32,000 nucleotides of DNA from Sporolactobacillus shoreicorticis (GTDB lineage: Bacteria > Bacillota > Bacilli > Bacillales > Sporolactobacillaceae). The stretch lies in the NCBI RefSeq assembly GCF_024125445.1, contig NZ_JAMXWM010000032.1:20428-52427 (forward strand), written 5' to 3'. The position numbers and the translations under genes are program-made. The notes under the pieces were generated by a model. That model had not been told where the DNA came from. It searched no databases and saw nothing but the letters and a program-made list of their open reading frames with translations. Numbering within the stretch: the stretch's first letter is position 1; the number at the start of each line of letters is the position of its first letter. Positions 8,832 to 15,369 of this stretch are shown in pieces.

Positions 8832-9929
8832 ATGAGTTTATCGGAACTTTTACAAACGCAAATTCCCGATTACTATCGACATGCGTCCAAGGAGGCTTTG
8901 ACTGAGGAAGGATGGCTGCTTAAAAAGAAGCTCGGATCTCGCGTTTATATTCCCGGGCATCATTATCAGCGTGACGAGGTCATTCAATTTGCCGACGATC
9001 GAGGAGATTCGCTCCGTTTGGCGCAGCTTGCGGCTGCAAAAAAAGAAGCTGAATATATTATTTTCTGCGGCGTCCATTTCATGGCGGAAACCGCCGATAT
9101 ACTCACGGATAAAAGGCAAAAAGTAATTTTGCCGGATCACCGGGCAGGCTGCGCGATGGCCGATATGGCGACTATTCATCAGCTTGAACGTGGGTGGAAA
9201 CGTTTGCAGAATCAGTTTGGCGATACGATCATTCCAATGACTTATATAAACTCGACAGCAGAAATTAAAGCGTTTTGCGGCAGACACGGCGGAGCGACAT
9301 TGACGTCGTCCAATGCGGGAAAAATGATGCAATGGGCGTTTTCACAAAAAGAACGGATTCTTTTTCTGCCCGATCAACATCTTGGGCGTAATACCGGTGT
9401 TGGATTGGGCATTCCATTGGAACATATGGTGGTTTGGGATCCGATCCGGGAAACCTTTGAGGGGGACGCCGGTACGCGTACTCAAGTCATTCTATGGAAA
9501 GGCTACTGCACGGTTCATGAATTGTTTACAGAAAAAAACGTTGCGGATTGCCGTAAAGAAGATTCGGATGTACGCATTCTTGTTCATCCGGAATGTAATT
9601 ATGAGGTCGTGCGTCAGGCGGATTTCTCCGGATCGACAAAATATATAATTGATGTGATCGATCATGCGCCGGCAGGGTCGCATTGGGCGATTGGCACAGA
9701 GATGAACCTGGTGAATCGTTTGAAACACAATCATCCGGATTTGAAGATCCGTTCGCTGAATCCAATGATGTGTTCGTGTCTGACCATGAATCGAATCGAC
9801 CTTCCGCACCTTGTGTGGTCATTGGCCCAGCTTGAGGCGGGTGATGCACCGGATACTATTATCTCGGTCCCCGATGCGGTTGCGAAGGACGCTGTTTTTG
9901 CACTGAAGCGAATGCTTGAGCAATCCTAA
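8832..9929 (+). CDS. nadA: Quinolinate synthase
   Basis: 365 aa, starting 3 nt after the nadC stop. GHHYQRDEV, FCGVHFMAETA, YINSTAE, VHPEC and Cys-rich cluster ligands, typical of the Bacillus long NadA type. Confidence 0.92.
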   Translation: MSLSELLQTQIPDYYRHASKEALTEEGWLLKKKLGSRVYIPGHHYQRDEVIQFADDRGDSLRLAQLAAAKKEAEYIIFCGVHFMAETADILTDKRQKVILPDHRAGCAMADMATIHQLERGWKRLQNQFGDTIIPMTYINSTAEIKAFCGRHGGATLTSSNAGKMMQWAFSQKERILFLPDQHLGRNTGVGLGIPLEHMVVWDPIRETFEGDAGTRTQVILWKGYCTVHELFTEKNVADCRKEDSDVRILVHPECNYEVVRQADFSGSTKYIIDVIDHAPAGSHWAIGTEMNLVNRLKHNHPDLKIRSLNPMMCSCLTMNRIDLPHLVWSLAQLEAGDAPDTIISVPDAVAKDAVFALKRMLEQS

Positions 9930-10071
9930 CAGCATCACAGCACCCATGAAAAAGGAAAATACATGTGTTTCGATAATCTATTCAGAGCAGTATTTGTATC
10001 CTGTCCGTGTCTGTGCTACGCTTTCAACTTATTGCTGTTTGCGATCGTTTTCACTATAAGAGAAAACGTTT

Positions 10072-10374
10072 ATGCATGCTATCTTATCAGATGAGGAGGC
10101 ACGAACATTTGCGACCCTGGACGAAGCGATTGAGCTGGCGAATGATTTCGAGTTTGGATTGACCTCTTCTATTTTCACAAAAAGCTTGGATCATGCATTC
10201 TATGCGGTTCGACGACTTCAATTCGGAGAAACCTATATTAATCGTGAACACTTTGAAGCGATGCAAGGCTTTCATGCCGGATGTAAAAAGTCCAGTATCG
10301 GCAGTGCCGACGGCAAGCATGGACTTGAAGAATACTTGCAGACGCATGTGGTTTATCTGGATACATCAAAATAA
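10072..10374 (+). pseudogene. 5'-truncated remnant of an AldA-like (lactaldehyde) aldehyde dehydrogenase; only the last ~100 codons remain
   Basis: The translation FGLTSSIFTKSL...FGETYINREHFEAMQGFHAGCKKSSIGSADGKHGLEEYLQTHVVYL closely parallels the C-terminus of E. coli AldA (..YGLTSSIYTQN..FGETYINRENFEAMQGFHAGWRKSGIGGADGKHGLHEYLQTQVVYL). An in-frame stop lies 15 nt upstream of the ATG. Only ~140 nt separate it from nadA, so the ~380 N-terminal codons are absent. Confidence 0.75.
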
Positions 10375-10401
10375 TGGATTGACGCTTAATGAAGATAAAC
10401 A

Positions 10402-10450
10402 GAGGATGTCTCAGAGTCAAAAAAGATTTATGAGGCATCCTCTTTTTATT
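10402..10450. terminator. Rho-independent terminator between the aldA remnant and the COG0523 gene (bidirectional)
   Basis: 12-bp stem GAGGATGTCTCA / TGAGGCATCCTC (one mismatch) followed by TTTTTATTTT on the plus strand. Confidence 0.6.
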
Positions 10451-10451
10451 T

Positions 10452-11609
10452 TCAATCGGGCATATTTGATTGCCGAAACGGATCTTGCTGAAAAGCGACA
10501 GCTTCACCATCCTGATACAAACAATAATCGAGATCTTTAATGATTTTGTCGCGATCCATTCCTTTTCCGATAAAAACGAGCTCAATCATTCGGTCGCCGA
10601 ATCGCGGATCCCAGATGTCGCTCAGTCCCTTGCGAATTTGGAACATTTTCTGAATTTCATCAGGCTTTAGCATAGCGATCCAGTAACCGACTGGAACGAT
10701 ATCCATGGCGCGGCCGGATTGAGAAACTTTGAAGACCGTTGTCGGCTGTGTCGCCAGCCACATGACTCCCTTGCAGCGGATAATCTCTTTTGGCCATTGG
10801 TCAAGCCAGGCATCGAGACGGAGCGGGTGGAACGGATGCCGCCTGCGGTAGACAAAAGAACGAATGCCGATCTGTGCTGCTTCGTTTTGCTGAAGGACGC
10901 TGAGTTCTTCTGTATCATCGGCATCTGGAATCGTTTGCCGCTCATCGAATCGATGTGTGTTGATCAGTGCTTCCGGCGCGACGCGGCCAAATGTGGTCAT
11001 AATCAGATGCGCTTCCGGCTGGAGTGCTTGGGCGGCGTTTTGAAGATAGGCGAGCGAATCGGCAGATAACTGATCCGTTTTATTAATGATCAGCACATTG
11101 CAAAAATCGATTTGATTCATGATCAATTGATTGGTGTCCACGTAAGCGGCATCGAATGTTCCTTGTTCAGGAGTGAGCAGGCTTGCTAGCCGCGCGGCGT
11201 CAACAACGGTGATCGTCGTGTCTACGCGGGCAACATCACGAATCATTTTTCCATTCTGATTTTTTCCACGCACAAGCTTCTTGACGACAAGTTGCGGTCG
11301 TGAAATACCCGAGGTTTCGATAAGAATCAAGTCTACCTTTTTCGATGACGCGAGTTCATAGACCGCACGCTGCAGGGCGCTGACCAAATCCGTACTTATG
11401 CTTCCGCCTGTCAGCGCGATCAGTCGGTCATCAGCCGTAAAGAATGGGCTGCGGCGAATGGTTTTTTCATCAATATTGACCTCGGCCATGTCATTGATAA
11501 TGAGACCGATACGTTTATTGGGCGATCTATGCTGAAGCAAATGCAGCAGCAGGGTTGTTTTACCTGATCCAAGAAAACCGGAGAAAATAGTTACAGGTAC
11601 GCGTGTCAT
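10452..11609 (-). CDS. COG0523 (CobW/YciC-like) G3E-family GTPase metallochaperone; variant lacking the CxCC motif
   Basis: 385 aa. Walker A SGFLGSGKTTLL, IINDMAEVNID, IETSGISRP and INKTD (NKxD). The C-terminal CobW_C-like part includes IRCKG..W. At the canonical GCICCT position the protein reads GGSIST (11391-11408, verified on the DNA). Second gene of a Zur-box operon. Confidence 0.88.
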   Translation of the reverse strand: MTRVPVTIFSGFLGSGKTTLLLHLLQHRSPNKRIGLIINDMAEVNIDEKTIRRSPFFTADDRLIALTGGSISTDLVSALQRAVYELASSKKVDLILIETSGISRPQLVVKKLVRGKNQNGKMIRDVARVDTTITVVDAARLASLLTPEQGTFDAAYVDTNQLIMNQIDFCNVLIINKTDQLSADSLAYLQNAAQALQPEAHLIMTTFGRVAPEALINTHRFDERQTIPDADDTEELSVLQQNEAAQIGIRSFVYRRRHPFHPLRLDAWLDQWPKEIIRCKGVMWLATQPTTVFKVSQSGRAMDIVPVGYWIAMLKPDEIQKMFQIRKGLSDIWDPRFGDRMIELVFIGKGMDRDKIIKDLDYCLYQDGEAVAFQQDPFRQSNMPD

Positions 11610-11648
11610 GCTAAAAAGCCTCCCTTAAATGAATAGGAATTGATCTCC

Positions 11649-12461
11649 TCAGAACAAACGCGGCAATTGAAACAGTGCCAGGAACAGCGCAGTCGAGCAA
11701 ATGATCGAGGTAATCAGCTGCCGACTGATCAGCTTTGCCGCCTCCTTGATTCCCAGTTCACGCCCTACGGTCCATATGGTGACGGCACAGGCGCTGACCG
11801 TCGAGGCGAGGAAGACTAAGAGAAACAGCTGACCAATCGAAAGCTGTGCCAGCAAGGTACCGCTGCCTTCATTGAAAATCAGCATGCCGTCTTTGCGAAT
11901 CATTGAGAAAGCGATGCCGATGCCGGCTTCGGTTGGTAGATTAAGAAGCGCTAATAATGGATAAAATAGATGAGCCACATAATGAATCAGATTGAAAATG
12001 TCCAGAAATGAGGCAAGTAAACAAATGATCCTAAAAATAGGCATCGCATGCAGCAGAAACTGCCGAATAACGCTTCGCAAACGAAACAAGGGATCTCTCC
12101 ATGTTGGCGTCTGCAGAAAGGAGCGGCGAATGAACGGAGCCTCGGAAAGAGCGGCGGCTTTATGTTTATGCCAAATACGTGTGTGAAGCACGCCACCGAG
12201 CATAAGAAGTACGATGTAAGGCAGAAACAGCCAAACATGATGGGCGGCACTAAAAAGCGATAGGGCATTCAGATCCAGAGCACCAAAGCCCTGCCTTGGA
12301 AACGATGGTGTGTCCATACGCATTTCTTTCGGCCACTGACGAAAAGAGGAGCCGATTTTATCTTTTTCTAAAATGGAGAAATGTTTTATGCCCGCCTTTT
12401 GAAGCAGTACGCCGAGACCGATGCCTGCTGCCCCCGCGCCGACAATGACGATATTCTGCAT
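11649..12461 (-). CDS. Chimeric ORF: N-terminal ~68 aa of an FAD/NAD(P)-binding oxidoreductase fused to a FeoB-C-terminal / nucleoside-recognition (Gate) membrane domain
   Basis: The N-terminus MQNIVIVGAGAAGIGLGVLLQKAGIKHFSILEKD is a GxGxxG beta-alpha-beta unit with an acidic end. After ..TPSFPRQGFGALDLNALS the sequence turns into TM helices. It ends in a Gate-domain pattern (LPTEAGIGIAFSMIRKDG....LSIGQLFLLVFLASTVSACAVTIWTVGRELGIK.AAKL). 68 aa cannot form a complete dinucleotide-binding domain. SD GAGGTGA. Confidence 0.6.
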   Translation of the reverse strand: MQNIVIVGAGAAGIGLGVLLQKAGIKHFSILEKDKIGSSFRQWPKEMRMDTPSFPRQGFGALDLNALSLFSAAHHVWLFLPYIVLLMLGGVLHTRIWHKHKAAALSEAPFIRRSFLQTPTWRDPLFRLRSVIRQFLLHAMPIFRIICLLASFLDIFNLIHYVAHLFYPLLALLNLPTEAGIGIAFSMIRKDGMLIFNEGSGTLLAQLSIGQLFLLVFLASTVSACAVTIWTVGRELGIKEAAKLISRQLITSIICSTALFLALFQLPRLF

Positions 12462-12485
12462 TTAGTGATCACCTCAATGATTTAT

Positions 12486-12506
12486 AAATCGCAATAATTA
12501 CGTTTT
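12486..12506 (-). promoter_or_regulatory. Zur box
   Basis: The minus strand reads AAAACGTAATTATTGCGATTT. The core ACGTAATTATTGCGA matches the Bacillus Zur consensus TCGTAATNATTACGA at 13 of 15 positions. It sits between the -10 and the SD of the chimeric-ORF / COG0523 operon, and COG0523 genes are classical Zur targets. Confidence 0.7.
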
Positions 12507-12513
12507 ATAAATC

Positions 12514-12542
12514 ATTATAGGTGAAATGATTCATCAAGCCAA
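12514..12542 (-). promoter_or_regulatory. Putative sigmaA promoter of the Zur-regulated operon
   Basis: Minus strand: TTGGCT (12542-12537), 17-nt spacer, TATAAT (12519-12514). The -35 lies inside DNA homologous to the IS3 remnant. Confidence 0.45.
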
Positions 12543-13100
12543 ACAATTGCACTTTCCCTGACTTTTGCAGCTAAATGGACTGAAAAACAGCCATAAACCC
12601 TTATGGATAAGCAGTTTATGTCTGTTGCAATTTGTCACAAAGTTGTTGTGTATTCAGCCCTGTTTCACCTAAAAAAAATTTAATTGATTTCTTTGAGCAG
12701 CAGGCATTTCTTACTGTAATCGATGTTAAATGTTTGCGAATGTCGGCGAGTACAGTAAGAATTTCCCTGAAGGTGACTTCAGGATGCTTTTCTCAGACAT
12801 TCGATCAAGGTAGAAATTGAGTAAGTTCCGTGGAGACGGTTTTCAAAAAATCGGGCAATCACCAGTGATGACGAATATTCTTATGCCTTGATAACTGCAA
12901 ACTCCGCCTGTTGTCCTGCTTTGTTAAAATGAAATCAAGTGCTCCAGCTGTTTACCGCAAGATCGCATTATGCGATCAGTTGGTTGATCACACAGAAGTG
13001 ATTCATTTATTGTCTTCCCCAACGACTTAAAATCAGAACGTGCTCCGTTGTCATGTTCTAGGAAAAGCCAATGACAAGTGGGCCTCCGTTGGAAAATTTA
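12530..13100 (-). mobile_element. Decayed IS3-family insertion sequence remnant (OrfA / OrfB N-terminal part, multiple stops and frameshifts, 3' part deleted)
   Basis: Minus-strand frames give IS3-like pieces: ..HVLILSRWGRQ (OrfA HTH end), ..YSISTLIECLRKA.. and ..REILTVLADIRK....CSKKSIKFFLGETGL.. (OrfB N-terminal region). The last piece is ..SAIVWLDE (the N..W.TD.T motif region). DNA 12534-12558 is about 90 percent identical to 19450-19473. The upper boundary is approximate. Confidence 0.5.
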
Positions 13101-13140
13101 CAAAAGGCATTAAACAAAGAAGATTACTTGTATATAAGTA

Positions 13141-13169
13141 TTGACAAAACACTTTAACGCATTTAAACT
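13141..13169 (+). promoter_or_regulatory. Putative sigmaA promoter of the S-box leader
   Basis: TTGACA (13141-13146), 17-nt spacer, TAAACT (13164-13169), 19 nt upstream of the riboswitch P1 helix. Confidence 0.5.
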
Positions 13170-13187
13170 TATCACAATTAAATAAAT

Positions 13188-13297
13188 CTTATCAAGAGTG
13201 GCGGAGGGACTGGCCCTGTGAAACCCGACAACCAGCATGATGTTTTTCTATGTCATGCATGGTGTTAATTCCAGCAGATTAAATTCTGGCAGATAAG
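13188..13297 (+). promoter_or_regulatory. SAM-I (S-box) riboswitch aptamer
   Basis: CTTATCAAGAGTGGCGGAGGGACTGGCCCTGTGAAACCCGACAACC...GGTGTTAATTCCAGCAG...CTGGCAGATAAG matches the S-box consensus almost position for position. P1 is CTTATC/GATAAG, the kink-turn/P2 is GGAGGGA..GGCCC..AACCC, P3 is GCATGA/TCATGC and P4 is CCAG/CTGG. Confidence 0.92.
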
Positions 13298-13313
13298 AAA
13301 TGATTCGGCAAAA

Positions 13314-13356
13314 AGGCTGTTTTCCTTTTAACTCTGTGGAAAACGGTCTTTTTATT
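13314..13356 (+). terminator. Intrinsic terminator forming the S-box expression platform
   Basis: 12-bp stem AGGCTGTTTTCC / GGAAAACGGTCT (two G-U pairs), 12-nt loop, then TTTTTATT. It starts 17 nt after the 3' side of P1, the usual geometry for SAM-dependent termination. Confidence 0.8.
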
Positions 13357-13417
13357 GTAATTTTTTTCCAACCGAACTTTTATTTAATTAAAAATTATGA
13401 TCAAGGGAGAGATGGGC

Positions 13418-13582
13418 ATGGACGAAGAAAGAAAACTTGGGCTTGGAATAATGCGAATTTGTGGTGGAAAGGAAAACCTGGATATGGCAACTGGTGTGCG
13501 TGCGATACCGATTTATCAGTTGAGGTCCAATCTTTTTAATGACAAAAAAACACAGCTATTTTACTGTTTTAGTTCAAAATGA
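13418..13582 (+). pseudogene. Short ORF resembling the N-terminus of a PTS EIIB (glucose/sucrose family) domain; probably a gene remnant
   Basis: From ATG 13418 (8 nt after GGGAG) the translation is MDEERKLGLGIMRICGGKENLDMATG.... This matches the EIIB opening pattern (..I...LGGKENI....HC.TRLRF.L.D.SK). The active-site-like string VCVRYRFIS appears only in the +1 frame, so the domain is frameshifted and ends after ~55 codons. The stop overlaps the upstream ATG of the next ORF. Confidence 0.4.
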
Positions 13583-13596
13583 GGGGGGAAACAGAT

Positions 13597-15369
13597 ATGG
13601 GGGATAGGGTCCAACGTCCGAATTCGGGTTTATCCCGATTGTATGATGGTTTTTTAAAGAGTGACAAGGGCATATACCGTCGCTTTTTTGGTATGATTCG
13701 TAAAACTAAGCTGCCGTTCGTGTGGTTGGCAGTTTACATTATTATTAGGATCGTGCTTGTCAAGTTTTATATCGACGTAACGCAATATACCGCGAAGATG
13801 TTTTCCGGTGATGTCAATTTCGCGTCGATCATTGTGCCATTTGTACTGTATACACTGGCGAACGCAGGACTTAGCGCCGTGTCCACATTCATCAGCTGGG
13901 TATGCATTGCTAGAATTGACCGAAATATGAAACGAATGGTGTGGCGGAAAGTAATTAGCCTGCCTTTATCCTTTTTCGAGCGCAACAAACCGAAAGAACT
14001 CATATCGAGAATTGTATCTGATGCTGAGCAGATCAGTCAGTTGATCATCTTCGTCTTTCTTGAGGTCGCGATCCAGATCTACTCGTTGTGGGCGGTACTG
14101 ACTCAGATCAGCAGTTATGATGGGCGTCTCGTTTGGTCACTGATCGCACTCTTTCCACTGTTCATTGTCATTTCCGTTGTCCTCGGTAAGCTGAACTATG
14201 GCATTGCGGACACCGTCAACACTAAGAATGCAGAATTCACCCGAAACCTGTCTGAAACCGTTGGTCACGCAGAGGTCGTTAAGGCATATGGACGTGAGGA
14301 ACATGAGGCGAAACGCAGTCAACGCAGGATTGCGGAGCTTTACCGATATAGCATTCGCAACAGCTGGATAGGACAGCTAAGCGGACCGGTGTTCGCTATT
14401 ACAACAGCCATTGAGTTCATCGTCATAGCGTTAGTGGGGAGGCATTTCCTGTCATCAGGTGTTATATCATTGCAGGAGTGGATTGCATTTTTCGCCTTCT
14501 CAGCCAACATTGTCGGCGTATTCTCCGCCGGGTATTGGAGTTCGTTCAAAGCTGCACAGGGTTCGGTCAACCGTGTTTCCCACATTGTGGCGCAGACGGA
14601 GGAGCGTACCGATGGCATTGCGTCTGACAGTTTGCATGGGAATATCGTTTTCGAGGATGTGTCATTCTTCTATGGTGAACATCAAGTGCTCTCAAAATTC
14701 CGTGCGTCAATCTCGGCATCTGGTATCACTGCCATAGCCGGTCCATCGGGAAGTGGGAAAACCACTTTACTCAACTTGATCGACAGGCTCCAAACACCAG
14801 ATTCCGGGCGAATCACGGTAGGCGGGATTGATGTCGCTGACTACGCAGTAGCGGGTTATCGCGAAGCGGTGGTTTACATACCGCAGAATAGCGTGTTCTT
14901 TGCGGGTACGTTACGTCAGAACTTTCTGTACGGGGTGCGACGCGAATCAGTACCTGAAGATGAACTTAACGATGCGCTCAGACTAGCCGGTGCATATGAT
15001 TTTGTCCGTGCTCTTCCCGGACAGCTCGACTACGAGCTAGGTGAGAATGGCTCGGGTCTGTCGGGTGGTGAACGACAAATTCTCGTGCTGGCTCGTGCGA
15101 TTCTTAAAAAACCCAGATACCTTATACTTGATGAATCTTTCTCCCAACTGGACGCTGATCGAAAGACTGTAGTATGGGAGAGTATCCGGAAGATTGCCGC
15201 ACGTGCAGCGGTTATTGTGGTAGGACACGACCGCCAAACGATTGCTCATGCCAATCGGCTTCTTCTTATTGAGGGTGGAAACCTGATTGATTCTGGTACG
15301 CCGAAAGAATTGTTTGCGCGAAGCGAACGATATCGTCGATTGATTGGAGAAGAGGAGGAAAAATCATGA
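13597..15369 (+). CDS. ABC transporter, fused permease/ATP-binding protein (type I exporter fold), subunit 1 of a probable heterodimer
   Basis: The ORF track starts at 13579, but ATG 13597 follows SD GAGGGGGG by 8 nt. About 300 aa form a six-TM exporter TMD, followed by an NBD. NBD motifs: Walker A GPSGSGKTT, Q-loop, signature LSGGERQ, Walker B LILDES and H-loop VVGHD. Confidence 0.9.
   Translation: MGDRVQRPNSGLSRLYDGFLKSDKGIYRRFFGMIRKTKLPFVWLAVYIIIRIVLVKFYIDVTQYTAKMFSGDVNFASIIVPFVLYTLANAGLSAVSTFISWVCIARIDRNMKRMVWRKVISLPLSFFERNKPKELISRIVSDAEQISQLIIFVFLEVAIQIYSLWAVLTQISSYDGRLVWSLIALFPLFIVISVVLGKLNYGIADTVNTKNAEFTRNLSETVGHAEVVKAYGREEHEAKRSQRRIAELYRYSIRNSWIGQLSGPVFAITTAIEFIVIALVGRHFLSSGVISLQEWIAFFAFSANIVGVFSAGYWSSFKAAQGSVNRVSHIVAQTEERTDGIASDSLHGNIVFEDVSFFYGEHQVLSKFRASISASGITAIAGPSGSGKTTLLNLIDRLQTPDSGRITVGGIDVADYAVAGYREAVVYIPQNSVFFAGTLRQNFLYGVRRESVPEDELNDALRLAGAYDFVRALPGQLDYELGENGSGLSGGERQILVLARAILKKPRYLILDESFSQLDADRKTVVWESIRKIAARAAVIVVGHDRQTIAHANRLLLIEGGNLIDSGTPKELFARSERYRRLIGEEEEKS

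Noticed and set aside
8850-9332. Long antisense ORFs inside well-supported genes (for example 8850-9332, 19790-20368, 30613-31065, 31594-31995, 7556-7933, 10238-10585 and 1651-1962).
   Set aside because: Each lies wholly within, and antisense or out of frame to, a gene with clear family motifs. None has an SD or a recognisable domain. These are typical shadow ORFs.
12632-12820. A 62-aa plus-strand ORF in the 12.5-13.1 kb gap.
   Set aside because: It lies antisense to the segment whose minus-strand frames carry IS3-like peptides. It has no SD and no recognisable motif.
13300-13539. A 79-aa ORF that overlaps the riboswitch terminator.
   Set aside because: It starts inside the expression platform, runs through the terminator hairpin and has no SD. 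It is an artefact of the open frame.
13418-13582. The 54-aa ORF with an internal GG (..RICGG|KENL..) just upstream of two ABC exporters could be a double-glycine bacteriocin or RiPP precursor with its dedicated transporter.
   Set aside because: Neither ABC protein has an N-terminal C39 peptidase domain; each has only ~40 aa before the first TM helix. No modification enzyme or immunity gene is nearby. The GGKEN context fits a PTS EIIB N-terminus, with the active-site motif displaced into another frame, so a gene remnant is more likely.
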